52,872 nucleotides of DNA from Elusimicrobiota bacterium (GTDB taxonomy: Bacteria; Elusimicrobiota; Elusimicrobia; UBA1565). The stretch lies in NCBI GenBank assembly GCA_043827405.1, contig JBDRPD010000032.1, forward strand, positions 1-52,872, in the 5' to 3' direction. Each line of letters starts with the position of its first letter. The first letter of the stretch is position 1. Both the position numbers and the translations under genes were made by a program. The notes beneath the pieces are model-generated. The model made no database searches and was not told the DNA's origin. It was given only the letters and a program-made list of their open reading frames with translations. Of this stretch, positions 28,782 through 38,071 are shown one piece after another.

Positions 28782-29620
28782 CAGCGGCGCTTTTTCCTGC
28801 GCCGCTTCTGCTGCGGCTCCAGCAGGTCCTTCTCCTTCATGTCGTCTTTGAGCTCGAGCGTTTTGAGATCGTCGGCGGACTTCACCTTGTCCTGCTCGAG
28901 CGCGTCCGGCGCCTCCAGGTCGTCTATGGTGTCGACCTCGAGCATCTCCTCGGGCGCCTTGAGCCGGTCGACCTGGCGGCGGTCGACGCCCTTGCCGGGG
29001 AGCGCGGCCTTGAGCGGATTCTTCGCCCGCTCAACCGGCGGCAGCTCATCCATGGTTAGGCCGGCGGGAATCGGCACCGGCTCCGGCATGCCCGCCGCCG
29101 AAACGATCAGGCGCTGGCCCGGAGCCAGGGTCTTTTCCCCCTCCCGGCCGTCGGAGACCGCGATCACGCCCGCGAACAGGTCGTAGACCGTGCGCCCGCG
29201 CCGGTCGATGGCGGCCTGGAAGCGCGTGCCGCGCACGCTGCACACCGAGGTCGGCGTGCGCACCGAGAAGCGCCGCTTAAGCGCCAGCTTCACCCAGGCC
29301 TGCAGCCGGCCTTTCTTGAGGCTCAGCTCCACCTGCTCGCGGCCGTGCGTCTCGAGGACGGCGCTGCCTTCCTGCGCGAGCCGCACCTCGGAGCCGTCGG
29401 GGAAGGACACGACCGCCCAGCCGCGCTTTTTGGCCATCAGCTGGGAGCCCGGCGGCAGCTCCTGGCCGCTCGCGGCCTTGACCCAGTTGCTCGAGGCGTC
29501 GAGGTAGAGGACCGTGCCGCTGAGCTGGGTAAGCTTGGGATGGGCCAGCGGCGCCTCTTCCTTCTTCGCGCAGGACAGCAGCAGGGCGGAGACGACTCCG
29601 GCGGCGAGGGCGGCACGCAT
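28781..29620 (-). CDS. FecR-domain lipoprotein
   Basis: Lipobox LLSC; FPDGSEVRL, FSVRTPTSVCSVRGTRF; acidic then polybasic tail. Confidence 0.8.
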   Translation of the reverse strand: MRAALAAGVVSALLLSCAKKEEAPLAHPKLTQLSGTVLYLDASSNWVKAASGQELPPGSQLMAKKRGWAVVSFPDGSEVRLAQEGSAVLETHGREQVELSLKKGRLQAWVKLALKRRFSVRTPTSVCSVRGTRFQAAIDRRGRTVYDLFAGVIAVSDGREGEKTLAPGQRLIVSAAGMPEPVPIPAGLTMDELPPVERAKNPLKAALPGKGVDRRQVDRLKAPEEMLEVDTIDDLEAPDALEQDKVKSADDLKTLELKDDMKEKDLLEPQQKRRRKKRR

Positions 29621-29624
29621 GCGT

Positions 29625-30002
29625 TCAGCCTCGCGGCTTTTTCAGCAGCGATTTTACCCGGTCGAAGAAGTCCTCCTGCGAAAAGTCCTTAAACTCTCCG
29701 GCGTCGAAGAAGACGCCGTGGCACCTAGAGCAGGCCTCGTACCAAATGTGGCTCTGCTTAGCGTCGACCATTTTGCTCATCCTGGCGCCCGCGCACTTGG
29801 GGCAGTCGTAGTCGTCCTTGGCGTTGAACTCCCTGCCGATGGACGCGTCGCCGGTATCGACGGCATAGGCGGCGGCGAGCTGCTTGAGCTCATCGTGCTC
29901 GAACATGTCGAACCACAGACCCTGGCAGCCGGAGCACTTGTCGATGGTGACACCCTGATGCGCGACCTCTTCCATGATGCAGCTGCACTTCGGACATCTC
30001 AT
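29625..30002 (-). CDS. Double zinc-ribbon (zf-TFIIB-like) protein
   Basis: Two CPKC...CxxCxGxxFDxxE repeats; GGAGG SD right after tRNA-Pro. Confidence 0.85.
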   Translation of the reverse strand: MRCPKCSCIMEEVAHQGVTIDKCSGCQGLWFDMFEHDELKQLAAAYAVDTGDASIGREFNAKDDYDCPKCAGARMSKMVDAKQSHIWYEACSRCHGVFFDAGEFKDFSQEDFFDRVKSLLKKPRG

Positions 30003-30024
30003 AGCCGGCCTCCGTCGGATCGGT

Positions 30025-30097
30025 TCGGGGCGCCCGGACTTGAACCGGGAACCTCCTGCTCCCAAAGCAGGCGCTCTGCCAATTGAGCTACGCCCCG
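30025..30097 (-). tRNA. tRNA-Pro (TGG), CCA not encoded
   Basis: CGGGGCG/CGCCCCG acceptor, anticodon arm CCTGC-TTTGGGA-GCAGG, GGTTCAAGTCC T-loop. Confidence 0.95.
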
Positions 30098-30237
30098 TTT
30101 TCGGCGTACGACATAGCGGCGATCATCCGCCTCAAACGGGACTGCGCGCCTCGACAGGCTCACCAACAAACAACACGCATCCCCCATAGGTGCGACTGCC
30201 CCGTTCTCGTCGTTATGATACGAAAGATTTGTCCGGC

Positions 30238-31542
30238 TCAGCGCACACAGGCCATGCTCTTGCAATAGAGTTTTTCGCACTCTCTCGTGCACTGCCGGTA
30301 CGCCGCCTTCTGCTCCGACTCGCGCTCGTGGTACTTGGGATAGCGCTTCCGGCAATCCTCCACGCAGGGATCAAACACTTCCCGCTTGCAGCCGACGCCG
30401 TACAGGTTTTCCTCCGCGCAGGCCGCGATCTCTTTGGTCGCTTTTCCCTTTTCCTCCGCCGGCGGCGCACCCCCGGCGGCGCCGACCATCCCTTCCTCCT
30501 TCTTAACGAACCCAAGGGAGGAGGTCTGCTGCGCGGGAGCCGCCGGCTTTTCATACTTGTAGCCGCCGCCGTAGTGCGGACTCGCGGCGGACGCCCTCTT
30601 GCGTCCGCCGCCCTGCACGCTGATCGTTCCGTCAAGGGCGCGCATCTGCCGCGGCGGCGGCGCTTTCTTCGGCAGGCTCTTCGCCGCCTCTTGCTGCCGC
30701 TCGGCGAACAGCTTGTCCATGGACTTGATGGACTTCGCCAGATCGATAAGGGACTTCGCCAGGTCCAGCTCGGTGGCGCTGACGCCGTGCCCCGCCGAGC
30801 CCAAGAGCATATAGCTGCCGCGGTACGTCGTCCCTTCCTGGTGCCGGTCGCTGAACAGCTCCACGGTAGTCGCCGGAGACGCGCTCCCGCGGTCCAGATA
30901 AACATTCGCCAGCTCGTAGTAGTTGCGCGAACCGGCGTTCCGCAGCGCGCCGGGATATATTTTCTGCAGCCGCGACTTGCGCATGCCCAGGGCGACGATC
31001 TTGTTGACGCCGACCTGCGCCCCGCCGCGCGACACCCCCTCGAGGGTCTTGAGCGCCTTCATCACCGGCACGATCATGTCGCGCTGCGACACCACGTTGA
31101 TCTCGGCGCCCGCTTCGTGGGCCTGGGTGATAATATCGGCGATCTGCTGGACGATCTCCGCTTCCTGTTCATTCTTTATTCCCGCGAAGGTCCAGGCCGC
31201 GGTGTCCGGCAGTTCCGCCATGGCTTTGATGAGCGGCGGATGCTCCTGCGCCAAGCCGCCCGACGGCTCGTCTCCCCAGGCGCCGCCGAGATATACCTCC
31301 CCCTCGGGCGCGTCCAGCGGCGCCCGATCCGTTCCGGAAGCGCCGAATATAAGGGTCACCGCGCGCTGACTGGGCGGAACCTTGCCGGCGGTCCACTTGC
31401 TGAGCTGCGCATCCAATCCTTGAGCCAGCTGAATGGGTGCGCTATGCCCGCGCAGTTGGACCCCCGCCCAGAACGCCAAGAGCAGGCAGCAGAGGATGGC
31501 GGCGCCGACGATAGCGACGATGAATTTATTGGAGCTGATCAT
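30238..31542 (-). CDS. Hypothetical membrane-anchored protein with C-terminal 8-Cys domain
   Basis: N-terminal TM, alpha/beta-like middle, Ala/Pro linker, C-terminal C..C..CVEDC..CTREC..C..C. Confidence 0.65.
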   Translation of the reverse strand: MISSNKFIVAIVGAAILCCLLLAFWAGVQLRGHSAPIQLAQGLDAQLSKWTAGKVPPSQRAVTLIFGASGTDRAPLDAPEGEVYLGGAWGDEPSGGLAQEHPPLIKAMAELPDTAAWTFAGIKNEQEAEIVQQIADIITQAHEAGAEINVVSQRDMIVPVMKALKTLEGVSRGGAQVGVNKIVALGMRKSRLQKIYPGALRNAGSRNYYELANVYLDRGSASPATTVELFSDRHQEGTTYRGSYMLLGSAGHGVSATELDLAKSLIDLAKSIKSMDKLFAERQQEAAKSLPKKAPPPRQMRALDGTISVQGGGRKRASAASPHYGGGYKYEKPAAPAQQTSSLGFVKKEEGMVGAAGGAPPAEEKGKATKEIAACAEENLYGVGCKREVFDPCVEDCRKRYPKYHERESEQKAAYRQCTRECEKLYCKSMACVR

Positions 31543-32594
31543 CCCTTCCCTGAGCGTATCCTACTATAGGCCGCGACCAGCTTGCGCGCCCGGGCCTCGC
31601 CCAGCTTCTGCACCTCGTCGCCCAAATGCGCCAGCTTGTCCGGATGATATTCGACGATCTTGATACGGAACACCCGGCGAATCTCATCCGGGCTGTCGCC
31701 GCGCTTGACCCCGAGCAGGAGGTAGGGATCGACCGCGGGATCGCTGGCGTCGAGCACCTCGTCGCCCCGTGCGATATCCCGGTCCTCCGACAGCTTGGGC
31801 GGCGGCGGCGCGGCCTGCGCTCCCCGGTAGCTGCGAATTTGCGCATAATCCTTCTCCAGCTTCTCCAGCCATTCATCAAAATCACGCTCGTTTATCGGCT
31901 TTCCCCGATAGCCGTCGCTGGTCTCCGAGATCATTCGCAGCAGCATCCAGCCGACTACCAGCAAGCCCAGCGTGACAACGCAGATCACAACCAGGAACCG
32001 GCCCGCTTCCGGAACCAGGATAACGACCGTACCGACGAGGATCGAAACAAAGGCGATAAAAAAATACTTATGCGGAAAGCCGTCCCACCACCCGATAGCG
32101 CCGTGCAGGCGCTTACTGAACGCGCGCTCCCAGGGCCCGACCCGCTCGACCGTCCGGCCGCCGGACGAATCCGTCCGGAATATCCTGTGCCGGGCGAAGA
32201 TCAGCACTCCGAGCAATACAACCGGGAGCAGGAATACCCCGCACAGGGCAAGCATAAGGCCCAGCGTTAGGTCACCCGGTACCCGGAAGTACAAAAAGGC
32301 GTAGGCCCATAACAGCGAAGCGATTGTCAGGCTGACGATATACTGCCGGCGAAAGCCGAGACGCCAGCTGCGGTAGATCGCCGCGTGCCCCTCATTAACG
32401 GCGACCACCTCGGAGAGGAAGTAGAGAACGCCCTTGAGGCAGGGCAGAACCAGGAAGGCGCCGAAAAAAGGCGCCAGGACATAGAGCGGGTAAGCGGCCT
32501 CGCGGAGCCCGAGTCCCCGGGCGAACTCATTGATGAACTGGTAGACGGACGCAAGAAGAACAATGAAGATTTCGCCGAAGCTCTCGCGCCTCAT
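31539..32594 (-). CDS. Polytopic membrane protein with C-terminal J-domain
   Basis: About 6 TM helices; DPYLLLGV...EIRR...YHPDK. Confidence 0.8.
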   Translation of the reverse strand: MRRESFGEIFIVLLASVYQFINEFARGLGLREAAYPLYVLAPFFGAFLVLPCLKGVLYFLSEVVAVNEGHAAIYRSWRLGFRRQYIVSLTIASLLWAYAFLYFRVPGDLTLGLMLALCGVFLLPVVLLGVLIFARHRIFRTDSSGGRTVERVGPWERAFSKRLHGAIGWWDGFPHKYFFIAFVSILVGTVVILVPEAGRFLVVICVVTLGLLVVGWMLLRMISETSDGYRGKPINERDFDEWLEKLEKDYAQIRSYRGAQAAPPPPKLSEDRDIARGDEVLDASDPAVDPYLLLGVKRGDSPDEIRRVFRIKIVEYHPDKLAHLGDEVQKLGEARARKLVAAYSRIRSGKG

Positions 32595-32613
32595 GTGGCC
32601 ATTGCGCGCGCGT

Positions 32614-33507
32614 CTAGTCCTTGAGCTTGGCCTTCTCTTTCCACTCCCACGGAGGGATCGAGTTCTGGTCGGCCCACAAGCCCAGCTTCGCCGCCCGCGC
32701 CTCCTGCTCCAACTGCGCCAAGTTCTTGTCCTTGGGCGCGTACTGCTTGTACCACCAGGCCAGGCCGGCGCGAACCAAAGCGCTGCTTAAAGACGACTCG
32801 CCGATATATACCTCGGCGACCATCATGCCGAGGCTGGTCTCGTCGCGCGGCACCAGGCGGACTTCCTGTCCCTCTATCATTCCGGCGACGAACTCGCGCG
32901 CCTTCTCGCCGTAAGGCTGGCCCATCTCGGGAGCGTCGACGCCGTAGAAGCGGATGCGAACACGTTCGCCCCCCTTATCCACCGTGATGGTGTCGCCGTC
33001 GGCGACCTCGATCACCTTCACCCGGTCGGCCGCGGGGGCGGGCACGCACCATTGGAAACTATCCTTGCAGCGCAGCATATCCAGCCGTTCCCCTTCGGGG
33101 CATTTCCCTTTCACGGCCTCGCGATAGCTTCCCCGCTTCATCTGGCGAACCGATTTTCTGCAGCACGAAGTACTGCTGCGCTTAACGCACTCGTCCCCAA
33201 GGCCACCATAGTAGCGCTCCAGCTTCGCTCTCCCTTGCGTGCGCTTTTCATCCTCTTCTGTCCACACGATTTCAACCGGAGGCAGGTCATTGCCCACCTG
33301 CGGACCATGCTTTCTCCCCAAGTGATCCAGATACCCCGAAACATATTCTCTGTTCTTATACGACTGCCCCGCTAATACCCCCATATGGCAATGATAGTCG
33401 CTTGCTCCGTAATGACAGCCTGGCGGCGAAGAGTCCATCTTCCCTGGATGAGCCCGCAAGGCAGCAGGAAGCAGCGCGGCAAAAAGCAGGGCGATCAGCT
33501 TGTTCAT
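32614..33507 (-). CDS. Secreted YHYH-like + Cys-rich + thermonuclease (SNase) protein
   Basis: Signal peptide, HPGKMD...GCH...YHCH, 6-Cys segment, then VADGDTI, IRFYGVDAPE, GLAWWY, AKLGLW. Confidence 0.85.
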   Translation of the reverse strand: MNKLIALLFAALLPAALRAHPGKMDSSPPGCHYGASDYHCHMGVLAGQSYKNREYVSGYLDHLGRKHGPQVGNDLPPVEIVWTEEDEKRTQGRAKLERYYGGLGDECVKRSSTSCCRKSVRQMKRGSYREAVKGKCPEGERLDMLRCKDSFQWCVPAPAADRVKVIEVADGDTITVDKGGERVRIRFYGVDAPEMGQPYGEKAREFVAGMIEGQEVRLVPRDETSLGMMVAEVYIGESSLSSALVRAGLAWWYKQYAPKDKNLAQLEQEARAAKLGLWADQNSIPPWEWKEKAKLKD

Positions 33508-33586
33508 ACGTGCAGTTTACCGCGCGGCGGGGCCGCGAAGCAATAGGCACGGCCGCCGGGTGTCGCTTTTCATCTCCTCCGCGAAA

Positions 33587-33763
33587 TACAACTTTAAAGC
33601 ATGCGTATCCAGTTCGCTCAACCAATAGTCGGGAACATGCCGTTCATGCCGAACCGAATCAGGGACATGATCGCATGCGCATCCTGAGCATGGTTTCACG
33701 CCACCTGCGGCGAACTCATTAGCGGGAGTTGGGTTAACCGTATACGCGTGCTTTAAAGTTGTA
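33587..33763. repeat. 177-bp element with ~36-bp imperfect terminal inverted repeats (MITE-like or structured ncRNA)
   Basis: TACAACTTTAAAGCATGCGTAT... at 33587 and ...ATACGCGTGCTTTAAAGTTGTA ending 33763; outer 15 bp perfect, 30/36 overall. Confidence 0.8.
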
Positions 33764-33874
33764 ACTATGGCAGGGGCTTGAGACTCGGCGCACCGGGCAA
33801 GAAGCCCGGACCGGAACAGGACTCTATCCGGTCAAGGAACCCAATTAAGCCGGCGCTTTGGTATCATGCCGGTG

Positions 33875-35902
33875 ATGCCGAAGACCGCCATCACCGGCCT
33901 CCTGTCCGGTCTCCTCATATTATTCAACGCGGCCGGCGCCTTCGCGGCGGAGAAGATCGGCCTGTTCTACGGCAGCTTCGACCCGCTCCACATCGGCCAC
34001 GTGCGGATGGCCGAACTGACCAAGGACGCGCTCGGCCTCGACAAGGTCTACTTCCTGCCCAATATCAAGCCCGCACACAAACCCGATATCACGCCCTTTC
34101 CGTTCCGCTACCGCATGATCGAGCTCGCCGGCATGCGGCGCCCCTTCATCGTTTTGCTGTCGATGGACGACATGCTCCGGCTAACCTGGGACGAGCACGA
34201 GAAGACGTATGAGACCAAGCGGCTGACCGCGCATATCGAAGGGCTGCATCCGGACGCCGAGCTCTACCACATCATGGGCAGCGACTCCTTCATCCGGCTG
34301 GCGGAGCCGGAAAAGCTGCTCCAGCGCCGGCGCAGCCACCTCGCGGTCGTCGCGCGGCCGGGCTACGACCTGCCGCAGGAGAAGCTGGAACAATACGGCA
34401 AACATCCGCGCGTTCATGTCGTGCGGGGCGAACTGCCGCTGCTCTCTTCCACCCGGATCCGGAACATGCTCGCCGCCGGCGAGATTCCCGGGGAGCTCCT
34501 GCCGCCGGGAGTGCTCGGCTACATCCTGCGCCATGCGCTCTACGGGAGCGAGCCGGAAAGCGACGCCCAAATGCGCGCCGCCCTCGACTCCGCTCAGTTC
34601 GAGACCGTCCGCATCGCCGCCCCGGTCAAGCCGGAAACGGCCGCCGCGGCCAAGCAGATCAAGTGGGACCGGCGGCTTAACGCCGCTTCCGGCCCGCACT
34701 CCCTCACCCGGCACTCCATCGGCGACCTGGACGCCTATCTCATCAAGGGCCTGGGGCAGCCCCTGTGGCGCCTGCTCACGCGGACCAATATCCCGATCGA
34801 GCTGCACTACGGCCCGGAAGACGTCATGACCGCGCATCTGCAGCAGCGCGGGAACGCCCAGCTGACCGTGCTCAGGCCCCGGCGGCACTACGTCGTCAAC
34901 CATACCGTCCTGGCTGGAGAGCCCGCGCAGCTCGCGGCCCTGGGCAACGTCTACGGTGAGGAACGCTTTCTGCATACCCAGCTGCTCCTGCGCTTCGCCC
35001 TGCGCCGCAACCTGATCGAGCCCGACCGGGTAACGATCTACCGTCATGACCCCGAAGGCGGCGATTGGGCGCGGCGCTACTACGAGCGGGCCCTAACGGC
35101 ACTGCCGGACATCCCCTACTACGCGGTCGTCATGGGCTACCAGAACTCATTTATGTGGGAGCTCACCAAACGCAAGATCCTGCAGGCCAAGCTGAAGACG
35201 CCGGGGCTGCCCACCGCCGCGGACGTCCAGGCCCATGAAAAAGATTTTCCGCCGTCCTATTACCGCCAAGACAACCCGGATAAAGCCGGCCGCTACTTCC
35301 CCGACCGGCATCTCGCCTGCATGGTCTTCACGCTCAAGACGAAAAACGGCGGCCGGATCAATATCCTCACCCTCCGCAACCTATGGGGCGACAGCGCCGC
35401 GGTCGCGACGGAGATCCTGTACAAGAAGCTGATGCTGCGCCGCTTCATCGTCTTCGGCAGCGCCGGGGGACTGGACCCTGAGCTTAATATCGGCGACATC
35501 GTGGTGCCGGAGCGGTTCCACGAAGCGGACGGCAGGCCCGTCCCGCGCCGCCCGGGCAACGGCTTCCGAACGTTCAGCGAAAAGCCGCGGGATCCCGCGA
35601 TCCGGGCGGTCGGCAGACATGCCCGCGTCTATTCCCCGCTGGTGGAGACCCCCGAATACATGACGAAGGCGCGCGCCGAACATTTCGCCTCGGTCGACGT
35701 AGAAGCCCCGCTGATTATCAAGACGCTCGCGGACCTGCGCGACCCGTCCGTGGAAGCGGCGACCTTGCTCGTCATAACCGACAAGCCGGGCACTGCGGAC
35801 ACCCTGGAAGACCAGCAGCGCAACGAGCAGAAATCCTGGCGCGCCCAAGGACTGGGCACCGACCTCATCCTGGAATATCTCCAGGCCGCCGAGATAGAAT
35901 AG
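33875..35902 (+). CDS. NadD-like nucleotidyltransferase fused to a nucleoside phosphorylase domain, with signal peptide
   Basis: GSFDPLHIGH, IMGSDSF, LSSTRIR (NadD); FGSAGGL...IGDIVVP, VDVE, VITD (PNP_UDP_1); N-terminal hydrophobic stretch ending AFA-A. Confidence 0.8.
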   Translation: MPKTAITGLLSGLLILFNAAGAFAAEKIGLFYGSFDPLHIGHVRMAELTKDALGLDKVYFLPNIKPAHKPDITPFPFRYRMIELAGMRRPFIVLLSMDDMLRLTWDEHEKTYETKRLTAHIEGLHPDAELYHIMGSDSFIRLAEPEKLLQRRRSHLAVVARPGYDLPQEKLEQYGKHPRVHVVRGELPLLSSTRIRNMLAAGEIPGELLPPGVLGYILRHALYGSEPESDAQMRAALDSAQFETVRIAAPVKPETAAAAKQIKWDRRLNAASGPHSLTRHSIGDLDAYLIKGLGQPLWRLLTRTNIPIELHYGPEDVMTAHLQQRGNAQLTVLRPRRHYVVNHTVLAGEPAQLAALGNVYGEERFLHTQLLLRFALRRNLIEPDRVTIYRHDPEGGDWARRYYERALTALPDIPYYAVVMGYQNSFMWELTKRKILQAKLKTPGLPTAADVQAHEKDFPPSYYRQDNPDKAGRYFPDRHLACMVFTLKTKNGGRINILTLRNLWGDSAAVATEILYKKLMLRRFIVFGSAGGLDPELNIGDIVVPERFHEADGRPVPRRPGNGFRTFSEKPRDPAIRAVGRHARVYSPLVETPEYMTKARAEHFASVDVEAPLIIKTLADLRDPSVEAATLLVITDKPGTADTLEDQQRNEQKSWRAQGLGTDLILEYLQAAEIE

Positions 35903-35905
35903 CGC

Positions 35906-36127
35906 TTAGATCGCCTGCAGCAGACGACGCAAGGCCTTGGCGAGCAGCAGGGCCCAGGGCAGGCCGTGCATTAGGAAGTCGAAGATGTCGAGCGGACGCT
36001 TGAGGTTCCCGGCGCAGAGCAGCTGCAGCTTCTCCACGATATGCGGCTTGGGCACAAACGGCGCCAAACCGATCGTCAGCGCCAGGACGAGCGCGACCAG
36101 CCAAGGAATCCTGTCAAGCCACGCCAT
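35906..36127 (-). CDS. Small membrane protein
   Basis: LGLAPF-like 'IGLAPFVPKPHIVEKL...DIFDFLMHG.P' conserved small-protein pattern. Confidence 0.7.
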   Translation of the reverse strand: MAWLDRIPWLVALVLALTIGLAPFVPKPHIVEKLQLLCAGNLKRPLDIFDFLMHGLPWALLLAKALRRLLQAI

Positions 36128-36153
36128 ACGGTGACCGGTAAACGAAGATGAGC

Positions 36154-36672
36154 TCAGCCCTTGTTTTTGTCGTCTTGAACAAACAGGCTGCCGGAGATAG
36201 TGCCGGAACCGTCTAGGCGCAGCCACTTGCCGGAGAGCCAGCCCGAAACGCGGATCGTTCCGGTAACGTGGGTGCTGCCCACATAGCGGCCGTTCTTGTA
36301 GACCGAGACGTATTCGGATACCTGCACCGATTCGGAGATGTAGTTCGAACCTTCCCGGAGGTAGATCGAAACCCGCTCATTGATCCGGACATTGCCGGCC
36401 GAGACGCCGCCGGAACCGAACAGGCTCGTCGACCCGGAAAGAGTGACGGATACGTAGCCCGTCTCCTGGTGCAGATACTCGTTGCCGCGCAGGGACAGAT
36501 TACCGCTGAGGTGGACGTACTGGCTGCCCGCGAACTTGAACCGCTTCAGGTTCGGAACGGCGGTCTGAAAACCCAGCGAGTTTTCCACGCTGATGGCCTC
36601 GGGGGTCTCCAGCGCCTGGGCCGGACCGAGGCAGATGGCGAGAACGAGAGCGGCGGCGATTATCTGTTTCAT
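36154..36672 (-). CDS. Hypothetical secreted beta-strand-rich protein
   Basis: Signal peptide AQA; Ser/Gly/Val-rich alternating strands; leaderless TATAAT promoter. Confidence 0.7.
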   Translation of the reverse strand: MKQIIAAALVLAICLGPAQALETPEAISVENSLGFQTAVPNLKRFKFAGSQYVHLSGNLSLRGNEYLHQETGYVSVTLSGSTSLFGSGGVSAGNVRINERVSIYLREGSNYISESVQVSEYVSVYKNGRYVGSTHVTGTIRVSGWLSGKWLRLDGSGTISGSLFVQDDKNKG

Positions 36673-36761
36673 AGCCCAATTATATCCTCCGAACGGCCCA
36701 ATACAATATAGGTCCTTTGGGGCGAAATATTTCTGTGCCCTTATCCTGCTATACTCGTCGT

Positions 36762-38069
36762 ATGCCGAGCTTGGCGGCCCTGCTGCTGCTATTCGCCGTC
36801 CCCTACGCCCATGGGGAATTCCCCTCCTGCAGCGCCCTGCGGCCGGCCGCGCGCAAGATCAAGATCGCCTTCCCGAAGTCGACGCCTGATATCAAGAACT
36901 GCGCCCAAATCGGCGATACCCCATCGAACTATATCATCAAGACGGATCCGGAGGCGCCGCTCGAGCTGCATGTCGTCAGCGTCGGCGAGGGGAGCTTTCC
37001 CGCCAATCTCGCACGGGGCGGCCCGGACGCTCCAGAGAAGGCGGTTCGCGTCATCGTATACGATACGGATAAACCGGCGATGCTGGTGCTCAACGCCGCC
37101 GAGCCCGTTCTGTGGGACCTTACGATTACCAAGGGAGCGGACATCGACCGCATCGTAGTGCAAGGGCGGGGAGAGCAGCAGGTGCGGGGCGTGCCGGACG
37201 GCATTCCCGTCATCCACCGCCCCGCCGACCGGGCCTGTGCCAGCTCCCATGGCTGGGAAAAGGAGTTCAACCGCCGCGGGGCCGACTACCGTCAGCTGAT
37301 CACGAGCATCCGCTGTGCCACGGGCCTGCGGGAGACCTCGTTTCAGGGCTGCGCCGCGGGCGGCATCTTTGAGATCCCGCACTACCGGACGCAGGATAAT
37401 CTTCCCCAGGCGGAGGACTGGAGCCCTCCCTGCCCCCTGCCGGTCGAGCCGGAGATCATATCCCCTGTCCTCGCCTCCTACCGGAACCGGCCCGAGCATA
37501 GCGGGACGAAGCTTCCCGGCCCCCGCGCAGCGCCGGCCCGTCGAGCGCAACCGGTGCGCGCCGCCTCCCGGCACGCCGCGACGGCAAGGCCCGCGCCCGC
37601 CGCGCCGGGACCAGAGCCTTTTCCCGAGCACGAAGCCGGCGCCCTGGCGCCGCCCAAGGCCGTTCCCGCCCGTCGCGGCATCCCGGTCCGCGCCCTGGCG
37701 ATACTGCTGGAAGGCAGCGATCACCTCGCCACGCACGACGCGATCCCCGATCTAATCATCGCGCTGGAGCGCGGCGACGCAAGGCTGCGCGCACGCGCGG
37801 CCGACGAACTCGGCAAGATGGGTGAGACGGCGGAAGACGCGGCGCGCCCGCTTATCCAGGCGCTGAGAAAAGACAACAGCCTCCGGGTTCGCGCCAGCGC
37901 CGCGCTGGCGCTGGGCAATATCGGCCCGGCCGGCCGCAAGGCGGTCCCCGATCTCAAGAAAGCCCTGCGCAGCGAGGACGCCAACCTGCGCCTAAGCGCC
38001 GAGACCGCACTGGAGCGCATCGGAACGGAAAAGGCCCTGCGCGTCCTGAAAAATTACCGCGGGAAGTAG
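36762..38069 (+). CDS. Secreted protein with C-terminal HEAT (PBS-lyase-like) repeats
   Basis: Signal peptide, Cys-containing N-domain, Pro/Ala linker, 'LRARAADELG', 'VRASAALALGNIG' repeats; ATG 6 nt after TATACT. Confidence 0.75.
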   Translation: MPSLAALLLLFAVPYAHGEFPSCSALRPAARKIKIAFPKSTPDIKNCAQIGDTPSNYIIKTDPEAPLELHVVSVGEGSFPANLARGGPDAPEKAVRVIVYDTDKPAMLVLNAAEPVLWDLTITKGADIDRIVVQGRGEQQVRGVPDGIPVIHRPADRACASSHGWEKEFNRRGADYRQLITSIRCATGLRETSFQGCAAGGIFEIPHYRTQDNLPQAEDWSPPCPLPVEPEIISPVLASYRNRPEHSGTKLPGPRAAPARRAQPVRAASRHAATARPAPAAPGPEPFPEHEAGALAPPKAVPARRGIPVRALAILLEGSDHLATHDAIPDLIIALERGDARLRARAADELGKMGETAEDAARPLIQALRKDNSLRVRASAALALGNIGPAGRKAVPDLKKALRSEDANLRLSAETALERIGTEKALRVLKNYRGK

Positions 38070-38071
38070 GG

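Noticed and set aside
30003..30065. N-terminal extension of the zinc-ribbon ORF
   Set aside because: Reads through tRNA-Pro; the real start is the ATG at 30002 with a GGAGG SD
30025..30097. tRNA-Pro as an integration site
   Set aside because: No integrase and no duplicated tRNA 3' fragment seen in the window
33517..33699. 60-aa Cys/His ORF inside the inverted-repeat element
   Set aside because: No SD or recognisable motif, and it crosses the element boundary
33587..33763. Retron msr-msd or CRISPR repeat/anti-repeat
   Set aside because: No RT or cas gene nearby; only two copies, inverted, with no spacer array
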